Source: Oikopleura dioica
Lineage: Eukaryota; Animalia; Chordata
NCBI GenBank assembly: GCA_907165135.1
Contig: OU015569.1
Location: 7,254,001-7,318,000, forward strand
Length of the DNA stretch: 64,000 nt
Reading direction: 5' to 3'
The position numbers and the translations under genes are program-made. Position 1 is the first letter of the stretch, and the number at the start of each line of letters is the position of its first letter. The notes under the pieces were generated by a model. The model did no database searches and was not told the DNA's origin. It saw only the letters and a program-made list of their open reading frames with translations. This document shows positions 12,823 to 24,916 of this stretch, one piece after another.

Positions 12823-13003
12823 TTTATTCTGAATTCAGTTCGACTGAAACTCAAGTTGTTTATTCGTGAGTGAGATTGTTGACAAGCAATTTTACATGTT
12901 TGGAAGCTGGATTGAGTGTCCATCCAAAGAAGACAGGCAGTTATTGGAATGCTTGTGAGATATGATTGAAATCGTGTGAAAGTTTCTCTTTCAGTTATCT
13001 TCT

Positions 13004-13511
13004 TTATTGAGCGTAAACGACGCCGGCCCACTTGTCCATCATAAGTGCAGTTTGGGCTCTAAGCTTCTGAAGACAAAGTTAACCTTAGTTAGAAAAATTG
13101 CAGCAAACCAGGGTTTCATCGTTGGCATCGTCAAGCTCTGAGACCTCTCTGACTTCGATTTGATTGTCGCTTCTCACAAAGCCTTCTGCGACAACGTAGT
13201 TTTCTTCCTAAAACTTGCGTTACAAGTTATAAAATTGATTGAAACGCACCATGAGAAATGCAAAGAACTCCTCGTCGTCGGCAGTGAGTACGACATCGCC
13301 GGAACCATCCCAGATGGTGATCGATGTCTCGCTATTTCGTGCTTTCATTTTGCCCATGATTGTCACAGCGCTGCCGTTATACTAGAAAATGTGAAATGAT
13401 TTCATTCTGAAGTGATGATTAAATTAGACAAACGCTGGATAGGTTTCCGAGGCAGACGAATTTTCGGATTTCTTCTTTGTGATCAGCGACTTCGAACTCG
13501 ACGTTTGACAT
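13004..13511 (-). CDS. RPA3: Replication protein A 14-kDa subunit-like OB-fold protein
   Basis: Spliced ...KFVCLGNLSSYNGSAVTIMGKMKARNSETSITIWDGSGDV...NYVVAEGFVRSDNQIEVREV...MMDKWAGVY aligns by eye with the RPA14 layout and size. Divergent. Confidence 0.6.
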
Positions 13512-13585
13512 TATCTGTCTAAAAACTCACAGCTTTAGTTTTATCCTCCACTTATACATGTAGATACGTTGTTGATCAATTATCA

Positions 13586-14395
13586 ATGAGAGTTCGAATA
13601 AGGAATCGATCAATTTGTAAGCATCAAGCCGTAAGCTAGTTATAATTTATAGCTGTCAGATGAGCAACAAGAAAACAATCATGGTAGAAAACGACTGACA
13701 AGAGAGAAGAATGGCAATTGAAAGTCGATTTTTGGACTAGATTAATTCACGAATACGGATAAGAGGTAGATATCTGCGCTTTTGAATATATTCAATCGAA
13801 ACATGCCAGAAGGGATCGCCTTCTTAATCAAAGGAAGCTGTCCTTGCATATTTATTTAATTTGGAGAAATATGTCTCTTAGGCGTACGAGCTCTCATGTG
13901 AAAAACACTCTCGAAAAAGAGGGAAGTCTCCAGTTTGCGAATATGCTCGTTGGACAGAACAGCCAAAAGAGAGGAATGAACCCCTGGGTAGAGTTGCTCA
14001 ATTTTGAATTTAGAAGATTTCATTCGGAAGTGTGAGCGAACTCGAATCAAGATTTTCTTCCCGACCCTATGCCTTGCGTACGCTATGTGCGCCAGTTTGG
14101 CTTTTTTGGGCATAAAAATCACGGATCAAGTCCACTTCAGATACCAACAAGAAGCAAAGGATCAAAAAATTACACTAAGCTCATTATTAAACCTTGAATG
14201 ATCACGGATAAGTCTTCAAAGAGTACAGAGAAACCTATAACATGTATTTACGGAAGTCGCAAAAGAACAGTAGCACGGACCTAAACCTCAATCAGAAAAC
14301 TCCCACGCTAAGCGACACTCTTTCGAAGTACAATTTAAAAGAGTTGCTCGCCGAGTCGATACGGGAGGAAGGTTGCAAAGAAGATATTATTCAGT
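13586..14395 (+). CDS. Small multi-exon protein with one hydrophobic segment, unknown
   Basis: Open fragments DICAFEYIQSKHARRDRLLNQRKL and IKIFFPTLCLAYAMCASLAFLGIKI with GT/AG borders. Splicing not resolved. Confidence 0.3.
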
Positions 14396-14479
14396 GAGGA
14401 GTACTCGACAAGGACTAAGATAAGTCTGACGCTTCATACTCAACGCATGTCTAACTCTCAATTAGACTTTTTAACTTCT

Positions 14480-15340
14480 TGCATATACCAACTGCCACAC
14501 TTAATTGATCAACCATATTTCTTTGTATAAATGATTGTGAGAACTACGGCAAGCATCTACTACAGTGGGCCACAAACGCCACTGTATGTAGTTTTTCCAA
14601 CGATGGAATAAAAAAAAACAGTTCATAAAAGTGAACAAAATAGTGACTCTCTTCAAAAATAATCGGTTTTGCATCCTGTAACCCACAAAAACTCCATTAT
14701 CAAGAGGAATGTGTGCGCAATACCGCATTTTCTATTGCCAATGCCGTATTGACAATACGATATCGCCAAAGACCCATTAACAGGGGTAAATCTGAGTGCT
14801 TAAGACCCCTGATTAAAGATCTAAGATAGAACGAGCTTCCGTAATGTCACATTATTAATGTGCAATGTTTAAATATTTTAAGTAATAGTTCTATAAAATC
14901 TTTTAAAAGGCGGACGCAAATTCAGAAAAAAAGAGTCTTTTTCGTCCGGGACTCCCGGATCCACCTTTAATACCGAAATGAATCTACCGTGCTTAATTTG
15001 CTCATGAGCTTCTTTTATCAAACTGTCAATAAGTTGGAGAGTCTGAATGGCAGCTTCTGACACTCTGGGGAAGTAATGATGTGACAGCTCAAGATTGTCC
15101 TTGCTCCAATTAAATGAGTTTAGCCGTCTACTACTCGAGGAATCAAGAAATTCTTCTGCAAAAGTGAAGATCTACCCTTCTTATAAGTTTGGTCTTCTTA
15201 TCTAGGATACATCTACTTATAATATCACTCTTATATAGCCAGGAAGATCCCTGCAAGTACTGACAGGTTCGGAGTTATTGAAACGTCAAGTTGGGGAAAT
15301 CGAAGGTAGTGGATTGTTGAGATAACAAGATGAGTTGTGG
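14480..15340 (-). CDS. Unresolved multi-exon CDS, unknown protein
   Basis: Open frame EEFLDSSSSRRLNSFNWSKDNLELSHHYFPRVSEAAIQTLQLIDSLIKEAHEQIKHG extends the ORF at 14878-15063. No family recognised. Confidence 0.3.
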
Positions 15341-16953
15341 TCTATTGAGGTCAAGTTAATTCGATTAATAATACAAGATCAAAATAAAATGAGTCGGGAC
15401 TGGGCGAGGACTTCGCGTTTGTTAGGCGCGCGAGGGTTTAACTTGATATCGTTAGTTTAAATAATTTACCACGATTAAAGTAAAAGCGGGACTGCAATAC
15501 TCTACCCGCCTTAAACGCTAGTAACCAGCAAAATGATCATCGAAATGATTTATTCGATCTTAACCTTCCAATTTTCGTTTCCGGTAAGAAAAATAAATAT
15601 CAGAAGAAATAAGAGACTATTTTAAAAATAAACTCAGGCCATGTGTGCGGGGATGTTTCTGGTTCCAGACTCCGTTTTCTTGGGGATTAGAGACGGAGAT
15701 TACAACTTTTACGACTACAACAACGAATACATACCTCTAGGTCTTGGCTGATTATATAACAAAAGACTAAATGAAACATAACTTGAGCAAACGAGTGATT
15801 TAGCATCTCAATCCAGAATAAAATATTCAGCTAAGAAAATGGAGTATCATCATGATTTACATGATTCCAGCATTGAGACCCGAGCAACGAGCATTAACAA
15901 ACGCGTGCATGAGAAAAATAAGTGAACGTCAATTTTGTACTATCCAGTCCTTCCTGAAATGAATAATAAATATTGAACAGTATTTTACAATCGAAGTCTA
16001 TATCACTCCAAAATGTGGTAAAGACAAAGTGTTACTACCGAGTGTTCTTGTTGCTGGATTAGCTTTTTTAGAAAGACATTCAACACAAAAAAACGGGGAA
16101 TTATATATTCTTTTGATGAAACGAATGCTGAACGTAAGAGTCTAGCAAAGTAAATTTGAATTGAATAAGCGAGAGAGAAAAATAATGAGATTTTCAGTTC
16201 TCATTAGCATAAATGTACTTCAAATCGAGTCAATTAGTAATTTCAACTGTGTTAGGAGCGATTCTCAATTGTTGATTTTATGAAACGAGCTCTAGAAAAT
16301 GATTTAAGTGAGTTTGAGTATCGCGGGAAACTGATTTTGCGAAAGAGAATGCGAGGAGGGACGTCGAAATTCGATGGCGCGTTCTTATCGCGAATATGAA
16401 ATGTATCAAGAGCGAATAAATCGATATTTCTTGGATGGAATATTTACTCGCAACAGATTGCACGGTCAACTGCAACGAGCAATGTTCCGATGTCGAGCCT
16501 ACGTCTCTTGTCATCAGTTCAACTACAGCCAGTGAGAAGACATCTACAGAGAGCTCGAATTTTCAAGAAAGCGACTTTTATGATTTTTTCCGGGAAATGT
16601 AAATCAACTGTCCAATATTTCTAACTTTATTTTTAGCGAAACAATAGAAACGCATGAAAAAATAAGGAAATATCTCAACAAAGAAAACGTCATTAATAAA
16701 AACTCTATCCGTAAATAAATCAGCCAAATCTGTAAAATGATGCGAAATGTTATTATTTTCTTGTTCCAGTGGTCCAGTCCTTACGCAGAAATTTTGAATT
16801 CACGCATGAAGAACAACATCTTTTTGCAGTGGAAAAGTTTATTTTTTTCAGTGGTTAAATGAGTTATTTTGTTTCATTCAAAAAAGTGGTTTTCGTACAT
16901 TTCAGGAGAAAAATACAGCTTATTATAATTTCAGTCTTACGACTAATACTTGA

Positions 16954-18814
16954 TCATCTGCCAGAGTCGTTCTTCGAGAGTCTGAGGGACCCAATCATTG
17001 GGTCCCAATTCTCTTTCTCTTGTTCGACCTCTGCGTCGATGTTCTCTACTTTCCAGTCGCAATCGTTCCTCGTCGTTTGGAGCGACTGCGTTCGGCTCTT
17101 CATTTCGCGCTGAACCGCGCTTTTGCTCAGTTGATCCGCGATTTTCTTTGCGGCGTTATTCTATTCTCCCTCGCGGAGAGTTCTCATTTGATCATTCTAT
17201 TGAACGAGTTTTTGTCAATTTAATCAAAAATAATTATGTTCGTGTTTTTCAGACTTTGGTGGAAATGTATTCCGCAGTATCAAGGCAGTTTTCGTGGATT
17301 CGATTTGCTCTTTCCAGGGATTCTTCGACTACGGCTTTTATTTCTTGCGGGGAGAGCGATTTGTCTTTATCCTTAAAGCGTCGTTAGTATTTTATTTTTC
17401 TCAAAATTCAAACCCTTAAAATAGCGTCCAAAGACGTCGCATTAATATCTGGGTGTTCGAGACTTTCGTTCAAGGACATAACACTCTTCTTTAGTTGAAA
17501 GTACTTTTCTAAAAACTGATCTCGGTTTGATCCTTCATCTAGCAGGACTTCTATTTTAGCATATTCCTCTTCTATCATTGGAATCAGGGCGTTGATCTTT
17601 TCCTTCGTTGCGAGCAACTTATCCATTGTCGCATTCGTTTCTTCAAAACAAGCTTGATCCCTTATAAGTTATAACAAGTCACTTTCAGAAGCATCCGCAT
17701 TATATACCGTCTATAAATTTGTTCGCCTTGAAGTTGGAGGTCAGCAAGACGCTGTCTTAGAGTATTCTCCCGGACAAACTCTTGTTCTATGTAGTTCATC
17801 ACTCGCAGCTTCATATCTATCACGCGTTCTGTGATCGCTTTATGATAGACCATGTTGTACACTGGTTTCTGAAGATAGAGACTGTTAGATAGATCCCAAT
17901 AGCCGCCAGCTTACCGAATGATGCTCGATATTTAGATGATGAAGAGTCTTGCAATATAATTTGAAGTTTTGGTTCCTTAATCGTTCCAAAACGTACTGTC
18001 TTTGTTTGCTAAAATTGATATGAGCCCCAGTCTCTTGGAGTGAATTCGGAAAGGCTTACTAGAGAAGAACCGTGTGTCGGAAAATGCCCCGCGAAGGCAT
18101 GTGTCTTCTGTAGAACAACTCGTCTTGGTGGAAACGAATGTCAATCGTCAATGCAGCGACCCGCACAGCGTCGTTGAAAATGTCCCCTTCGTGCTGCATA
18201 AGTGGCATTGCCATAATCTTCAGAAGCGTCTTTTTCGTGTTCTTTTGGTAGCCCACTATTGAGAATAGATCAATTTGCGCCATATCAAAAACCTGTTTAC
18301 CTGAACATAGTTTTTTCACAGACTTGGCTTGGAATTTTTCTTCTTTCGTGAAGAATGTGTTTTCTTGGAGCCACTTTTCTAGCATTTCGCGATACCACGG
18401 GCAGATCGTTTCCGATTCGTGCGCCCAGCGCTCCTGGTTGTCCACAATTCTACCCGGCAAAGGCTTCCAATTAGGCAAAACGGGAACAGCTAAACAATAA
18501 GATTTGGGTTTCTGTTCGGACTTTGTTTGAGTACCGTTGTATCTCCAGACGCCTTCTTCATCGTCGAATTTGGGCCAAAGTGAGTTTTTTGAGGCTCTTT
18601 TCTGCTCCACTCGCGCTTCAAAAAGGGCGTTTTCGTCGCCTTGGCGAATAAAATCTTCTTGTTCTGGAGTCGTGTTGCGAACATTTCGTTCCTCAGCGTA
18701 TTTTTCACGATCTTCATGTTGAATCTGCGCCTGATAAACGTACTGCCAAGGCTGGAATCGCTTCGTACGAGTTACAGTCATAATAAGCTGCCGTTTCGAT
18801 AACGAGCCCAACAT
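16954..18814 (-). CDS. MRPS15: Mitochondrial ribosomal protein uS15m with long N- and C-terminal extensions
   Basis: AVRVAALTIDIRFHQDEL ... IHSKRLGLISILANKRQYVLERLRNQNFKLYCKTLHHLNIEH matches the S15 core. Transit-peptide-like N-terminus. 3' end uncertain. Confidence 0.8.
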
Positions 18815-18975
18815 TCTATACTTTTTTTTATATAATTCACAGTTTCTTAAGTTTTCAGAAATTGATAACTGATCACTCGGATTCCTCTTCGATCATCGTT
18901 TGCGATAAAATGATAAAAAGTCTTTCTTCGTGAGTCAGTGATTTTGCGCTGTCATTCTTCGTAGTAAAGGAGCGG

Positions 18976-19018
18976 CCAATCAGGTTGACTTCCCATTCGC
19001 GCCACCCTGGCCACGTCA
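18976..19018. promoter_or_regulatory. Bidirectional promoter (MRPS15 / CPLANE2) with a CCAAT box and CCACGTCA (TGACGTGG on the minus strand)
   Basis: CCAAT at 18976-18980 and CCACGTCA at 19011-19018, in the ~250-bp gap between divergent ATGs. Confidence 0.5.
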
Positions 19019-19062
19019 ACGCTTGCTAGAATTTTTATTTTTTTCGTCCACGAAACTATAGA

Positions 19063-20311
19063 ATGGCACTGCAAAGAGACTGGCACTCCAAACCCGAAGC
19101 GAAGATTTTTTTCAATGGTAGGTCAAAGATTTTAATTCATCAAATATCGTCTAATAACTCTTTGAAAGTGAGACTGTTAACAATTAATAGGCATTCGAAC
19201 TGCAAAGCAAATTAAAAAATATTCAATACCAGAATAACCTTCAAAGTGTCAGAAGTTAAAAATTATAAGCGCTTCATGCGGGACCATTGCGAAGATCCTT
19301 TGGGCTCCTTGATCGCCCGATACTTCCCAAATCGCCTTCAGGAAAACAAGTTTCCATTCAGACTTATAAAATCTGGGTCACATCAGGTACGAGCATAAAT
19401 TAATGGCGAGTTTCACAGATCTTCAGGGCCGATGGCGACAGGGAAGTCTTCGATGATTCTGAAACTGGCAGGACAGTTTATTCACCACGAGAAAGTTTAT
19501 CCGACGCCCGGAGTGGAAGTGACGGTAGTCTACTGGCCGATGAAGAATGTGATGAGCGAAGACGTTTTGCTGTTTAGAATTGAGTTCTGGGAAGCTGGTT
19601 CCATCGCCGTCGCAAGATATGGATACATAGAAGAAATGATTCACGACGAAACATCCCCAGCGGACGCAATAAGTGAGCTTTTCATCTTTATTAAGAACAT
19701 TCTATATGTATCAAATAGCTCCTGGTCATGTCTGGTTGCCTTTTTTGCCCCGTAATCGAAAATTTATTCAATTTTTTTCTTACTCGATCTTGTATCATTA
19801 GCTGCCAGTTATTTCGATAGATTATTATCCTTATATAGAATTTCCATGAATTGATTACCATGAAGAATCTCCCTTGACCGATTCGGTTAGGATAAACTCA
19901 TTGAAGACACTTCAAAAGATAACAACATTTAGTCCTTACCTACTCATGCGTGGATAGATCTTCCTTTGACGAGCTGCCTGAGATACTCGAAATGATCAAA
20001 ATGAAGATTAACTCGGAGCCCCTTTTGATTTGTATGGCCACACACGCGGATCGCTACTTGTCAGCAGAGGTACTACCTGTTCACTTGACCGTTTTTAATC
20101 TTGAAAGGTGCCGGAATCCGACGCGCGTAAATTCACTTCTTCTCGGGAACTGACCCTAATGCGTTCGAAAAACGTGAACGTTGGTGAGCGGCCAGACGAA
20201 ACGATCGACGCTTGGTCGTCCATACAAGAAGTTGGGCCAATCATGAGTGCTCTCTGCGATTTACTTTACAAAAGAGATCTGCTCAAAGCTCAGGACGGGC
20301 TTAGTGTTTAA
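19063..20311 (+). CDS. CPLANE2: CPLANE2/RSG1 Rab-like GTPase
   Basis: DWHSKPEAK, TYKIWVT, ATGKSSMILKLAG, TPGVEVTVVYWP, FRIEFWEAG, DRSSFDELP match RSG1. Confidence 0.92.
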
Positions 20312-20478
20312 GCATTAACGATTCAAGGGTATTTACTGTCTATTTATTACTGCCACGATGTTTATAATTAATGACATTCGTTTATTAACGCACATATTTT
20401 CTTTCTGTTCTGACTAAGCTTCTTTTTTATACAATTTCTTTATTTTTCTAACAGTGACTGAAACGATGACTTGTTTAG

Positions 20479-20845
20479 ATGGCAGGAAATCGCCTCTCTG
20501 GTGGGAGCACAAACAGCGGAGCGTTGACCGCTCCGATCGACAAACTGACTGGGATTTTCTGGGCTCTCGTCAATTTCGGTAAGACGCTCTCACTTGCCAA
20601 GTTATTTTCACCACTTCAGTTGTGATATTCTTCTCGACAATGTTGAACATGGACCCGCCTCGAAATGAATCGCAGAACAGATCTTGGGGCCGACGAGATG
20701 GTGATGACCGTCCCGGAGGAGGACGCCGAATGGGCGGCATCGACAGTTTTAGGTAACGTTCTAGAGCTTGAATCAAAACTAAAACTGTTTCAGACAAAGA
20801 GCAAGCGCGCCTAACATGGGCGTTGGAGGCGGATGAGGTCGGTAA
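20479..20845 (+). CDS. SELENOK: Selenoprotein K; TGA at 20834-20836 read as selenocysteine
   Basis: Three exons joined by GT-AG introns give MAGNRLSGG...KLTGIFWALVNFVVIFFSTMLNMDPP...GGGRRMGGIDSFRQRASAPNMGVGGG-U-GR*. It has the TM segment, RRMG motif and GGUGR end of SelK. The ORF track shows only the antisense frame. Confidence 0.93.
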
Positions 20846-20905
20846 ATGGTAGGGTAGCGCCCTGCCATATCTCTCCCGATCGAAAGCTCAACGCACGAGA
20901 ACTTT

Positions 20906-20967
20906 TCTCGGCGCACATGATGACGTTTTCTCACAAAACCTTCTTTGAAGGCGTGACTAAACCGAGA
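20906..20967 (+). promoter_or_regulatory. SECIS element candidate in the SELENOK 3' UTR
   Basis: ATGA(20920)-N11-AAAA(20935)-...-TGAC(20954). Helix I is TCTCGG/CCGAGA and helix II is CGTTTTC/GAAGGCG. An outer AGCTCAAC/GTTGAGCT pair flanks it. Confidence 0.7.
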
Positions 20968-21328
20968 GTTGAGCTAGAGAGGGGGAACACCGTTTCATTT
21001 CGTCTGTAGACCCGTGTTCTGTTTATTCTTCAGAAAGCAAGCAAAACTCTGTTTCTCTCGAATCCAGTTGGAATTCAAACTGTACCCCAACTTAGTCTCA
21101 TACAACTGCAATATTAATTTATCGAATAAAGAAAGATAGCGCTTTAGTAAATCCTCTTACGTGGGTGTTTGTTCTTTGACGCGTTTCTCGTCTCCACTGA
21201 ATCAGTGTTCCTCGCGCTGATAAATAAAAGACTGAGAGTTAAATCGTCTTTTCAAAAAGCCCGCTCCTGCGGTGTCAGTGCAGGAAAGAAGTCTTTGATG
21301 CGCGAATGCATGATCCTTTGTTAAGAGA

Positions 21329-24300
21329 TTGTCGAAATCGGAAGCTCAGAGAATGAATAATGGTGGGTCTTATGATATCCGTCAGGATCCATACTACTAC
21401 AGCCAGAATAGAGCAGAAGAGCATCAATTCTTGAATAGGCAAAACCCGCAATACTACTCTCAAAGACACGAACCAGCTCATTTCCATCGAAACGAACCTC
21501 GATTTCAAGTAAATAGGACATAAATGACCATTTATAGAATATTTTTCTAAGTCCTCTCGCCCGGCAGCTCACCAACAGCGAATTCGTCCTCCGCCCGTAC
21601 CTCGTCACACAAAACCTGCCTCTAAATACAGGAAAAGGCTTAAGTCGTTTGTCTGAGATTTTCCTGTCTTTGGCATAGCCAAGATCATCTGCTTATAAAT
21701 GGCCTTGAATACGCCAAAGAATAGGAAATCACAGAAGTATCCTGTTCTCCTGAGACTCTCTTCCTTTGTGTCTAACTTGCAGTGCTGATATTGCTCTTTA
21801 TGTATTATTAGGCACTGAACTGATGATTCAACTTGACATAAAAGATGATTGGGTGCTTTTTAGTTTTATTCAAAGAGTGAACCGCATATCAAGTACTAGA
21901 TAATAAGCCTAAAGCAAGTTACTACCCGCAGAATGCACCTCTTTACGAGCGACAAATTGAAAGCTCGCCGCCAAGGTCCAACGGAATGGATACAATCGTA
22001 CCACCACCTCCTCCTCCACCATCTTTTAACCGCTCTCCTCATCGAATGCACCCTCACCAATCAGTCTATGAGGAGAATTACGATGACGGGAGTTACCTCG
22101 AGCCCCGAGCAGCAATGCACAACTTCGAAAGCTCCTCTCAGCCGCCAGCTTCTAACTCAGTTTGGATTCAAAGTCAATTTTGCTACACAATCGGCTAACG
22201 ATTGCATTTAAAATCCTCCTTACAGACTATTATTTTCCTCCTCCACCAGAAACTATGGTTACATCTCACAGTCTCGACGCGCTACCACCGTCCGAAGCGC
22301 GTTCAGAAATCATCATTCCAGGTAAAATTTCTGAATAAATAACAATTTTTCTCGACTTTTGATAGAAGAAGAAATTCGCATTACATAGACTTCGACAATT
22401 CATTAATTCAGATTTCTATCTCATCAATATCGTCGATGGTAATTTTTTTGCCTTTTGAATTTTTTAACATACCCATTAAAACATTGATTATAGTAGCTCC
22501 CGCAATTTTGGAAAATACAAATGTTCTTTTATAAGGAATTCAGGCGCTATGATTCTTTATTAAATTTCTGGAAATTAAAACATTCTGTCGCCCTAAATTT
22601 AGACATTTATTTATTTTTTGTAGACCGACGGGGCGTCGGAACACTTGCCCAGCAGTTCGAAAAATCCGCTCGTATAGCGCTTGTGTCCAACTCACCACCA
22701 AAACCACCGCCGAAGCCGCTGTACGCTCGGGACGATCATCGCGAGCGCCTTCGACAAATTGACAACGAAATACTCTCCTCGCAGGGGCAACAGTACGATT
22801 ACGACTATTCGGGTGTGGACCGCATGCGCTACGCTAAACGGAGCGTCTCTTCCGACGGCCTTCTCGAATGCTATCACGAGCAAAAGCAACCGCAGCAAAT
22901 ACATCACCAGCAGCGACACGCTCAATCAGGAATTTACGTAAAAGACGATGGCCACGTACCAATCCACTATCAAACACCAACGCACCACGAAAGTTTGCAC
23001 CAAGACGAACCTATTTATGATCTACCGCCTCCAGTTGCTCCAGAAGTTCCTCAACACAGAAGACCAGCGTCATCAGCTCCTCACCCGCCTGCCGCAGAAA
23101 AAGCTGCGACCCGGGCAAACTCCGCGACACAAACTAATGAATCGAAGCAGATTCAAACAGACTCTTATGATGACTATCAATCACAAGAGACATTAAGTTT
23201 TGGTTCGTTTATATTTCTAAAAGATTCTTCTGTCTACATATGGCTAGTCACCTGCCGTATGATATGCGACATAGAGTTTTGAGATAGTTTTGAAGTAAAT
23301 AAACCAGTCTCCAGCATTTCCAGAGTAAAAACGAAGCCTCCTGTCGCCGCCAAGCCAAAGAAAATTCCACCGCGGCCGAAACAGTATCTCGGAGTAGACA
23401 GGAGTGATTCTGGTGGAAATTGGTCTGCTGCTGGCTCAGACTTTCAGGCAAAGGGTTAGATCTTTCAATATCTTGACTCAGGATTCTTGGGTATCATTCC
23501 ACTAAAAACGAGCTTATTTTAAATTCAGTACGAAGAAATTCGATCTATATTATTTTTTTTGCTGGCAGACTAGCAATCATTACCAAAAAAGACAGTCCAC
23601 GTGAAAAATGTGCACACGGGGCCCATAATTTATTGGTATTTATTATTATGATAATTCCAAAATTTCAACCCGAAATAAGTACACTACACCGACTCAATCA
23701 TCCATCGCTGTGAACCAATCACAGCACTTTAATCATGATTACGAAAATCAAACAAATTCGATTGCGCGCCCGGTAAACGATTCTCCTAAAGTGTTGCATG
23801 ATTCAACTCACGCCAAGAACACTAAGTCACATCCGACTGAATCGTCCTTGAACACTGCTGTTCCTCAGCATGGAAAAGAATCCTCAAGTTTGACGACCCA
23901 GGATGGTGGTGGAAGACTGTTCAAATTTGTCGTCTCTGGTCCAAAACATCAAAAACAGGTAATTTCTAATCGATTTTCTCTCTTGATTTCTTTCGCTTAT
24001 GCATTCGAGTTCAAATATTTTCTAGGGCGAACATGCCCGATTCAGTGCCCCATTCGTGAAGAGTACAAGTAATGGTATTCGCGTCTCACCGCAGGTACCC
24101 GTGCAGCCTGTTCCTAATCCTCGTCGCTCGACAGGCGGCAATATGGGCACGACTGGCTCAACAGGATCCAGCGAAGCCAACAAAATGATTTACTCAGAAA
24201 ATAAACCGACGAAGCCACAGCCTCGAGTCAGACGAAAGTCAGCAGGAGATTTAATCGAGGCCGCTCCAAGACCTAGCAGCAATACGAAAGGTGCAGTCAC

Positions 24301-24800
24301 TAAGACTTGGAATCCGCCGAAACCAGACCCGAAAAAAGCTCCTCTGATCACTTCGAAGTTTAATCCATCCGACATCAAAAGATATTCTCCGACTCCGATC
24401 GCAGAAACGGAACCCGTTCATTCTTCTCCCAAAGGCAAAACCTATCAGCAGCAGCTCGACGAATTCAGGGAACACTCACCAAGATCTTCAGGAAAGATTT
24501 TCGATGTTGCAATAGATGTTAATTAATTTAATTGAAATTCACCGTCGAATCATGGTCATTTTTCGAGCGGAACCCGTTCGTCATAAACTCGCCTAGTCTA
24601 GAAGCGATGATTGTAAGACACTGATTTATTTATGTTAATCGGACCTTGGTAACCATCGGCAAATCATCGAACAATCCTTGAAAGGCAAAACGAAAAAGAC
24701 CGTTCATCATCAACAGAATCCGACTAAGCAGGAGAAGGCAACGAAGTATGAATCTGAACCAGACACTCGAGCTCGTCGAATGCGCGATAAGGAACAGGAT
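21329..24800 (+). CDS. Large low-complexity Pro/Ser/Gln-rich protein (multi-exon, unknown)
   Basis: Consecutive long open exons (21329, 21933/21986, 22625-23195, 23710, 24056) with PPPPPPP and PPKPPPKP motifs. Whether it joins the downstream RS-rich gene is unresolved. Confidence 0.55.
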
Positions 24801-24916
24801 AAAAATATCTCTTTCTAAGCTAATTATTTGAATTTGTATATTGTTTTATCTGATAATATATCTGAAAATATATATCTGACAAATATATATTTCTACTACT
24901 AGAATTATTTGAATCC

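Noticed and set aside
15600-16680. Possible small genes (RPP14/POP5-like impression at 16278-16600)
   Set aside because: Several frames on both strands are equally plausible, and similarity is too weak to call.
20570-20797. Minus-strand ORF (PPIRRPPPGR...)
   Set aside because: It is the antisense shadow of SELENOK, which has canonical splice sites and homology on the plus strand.
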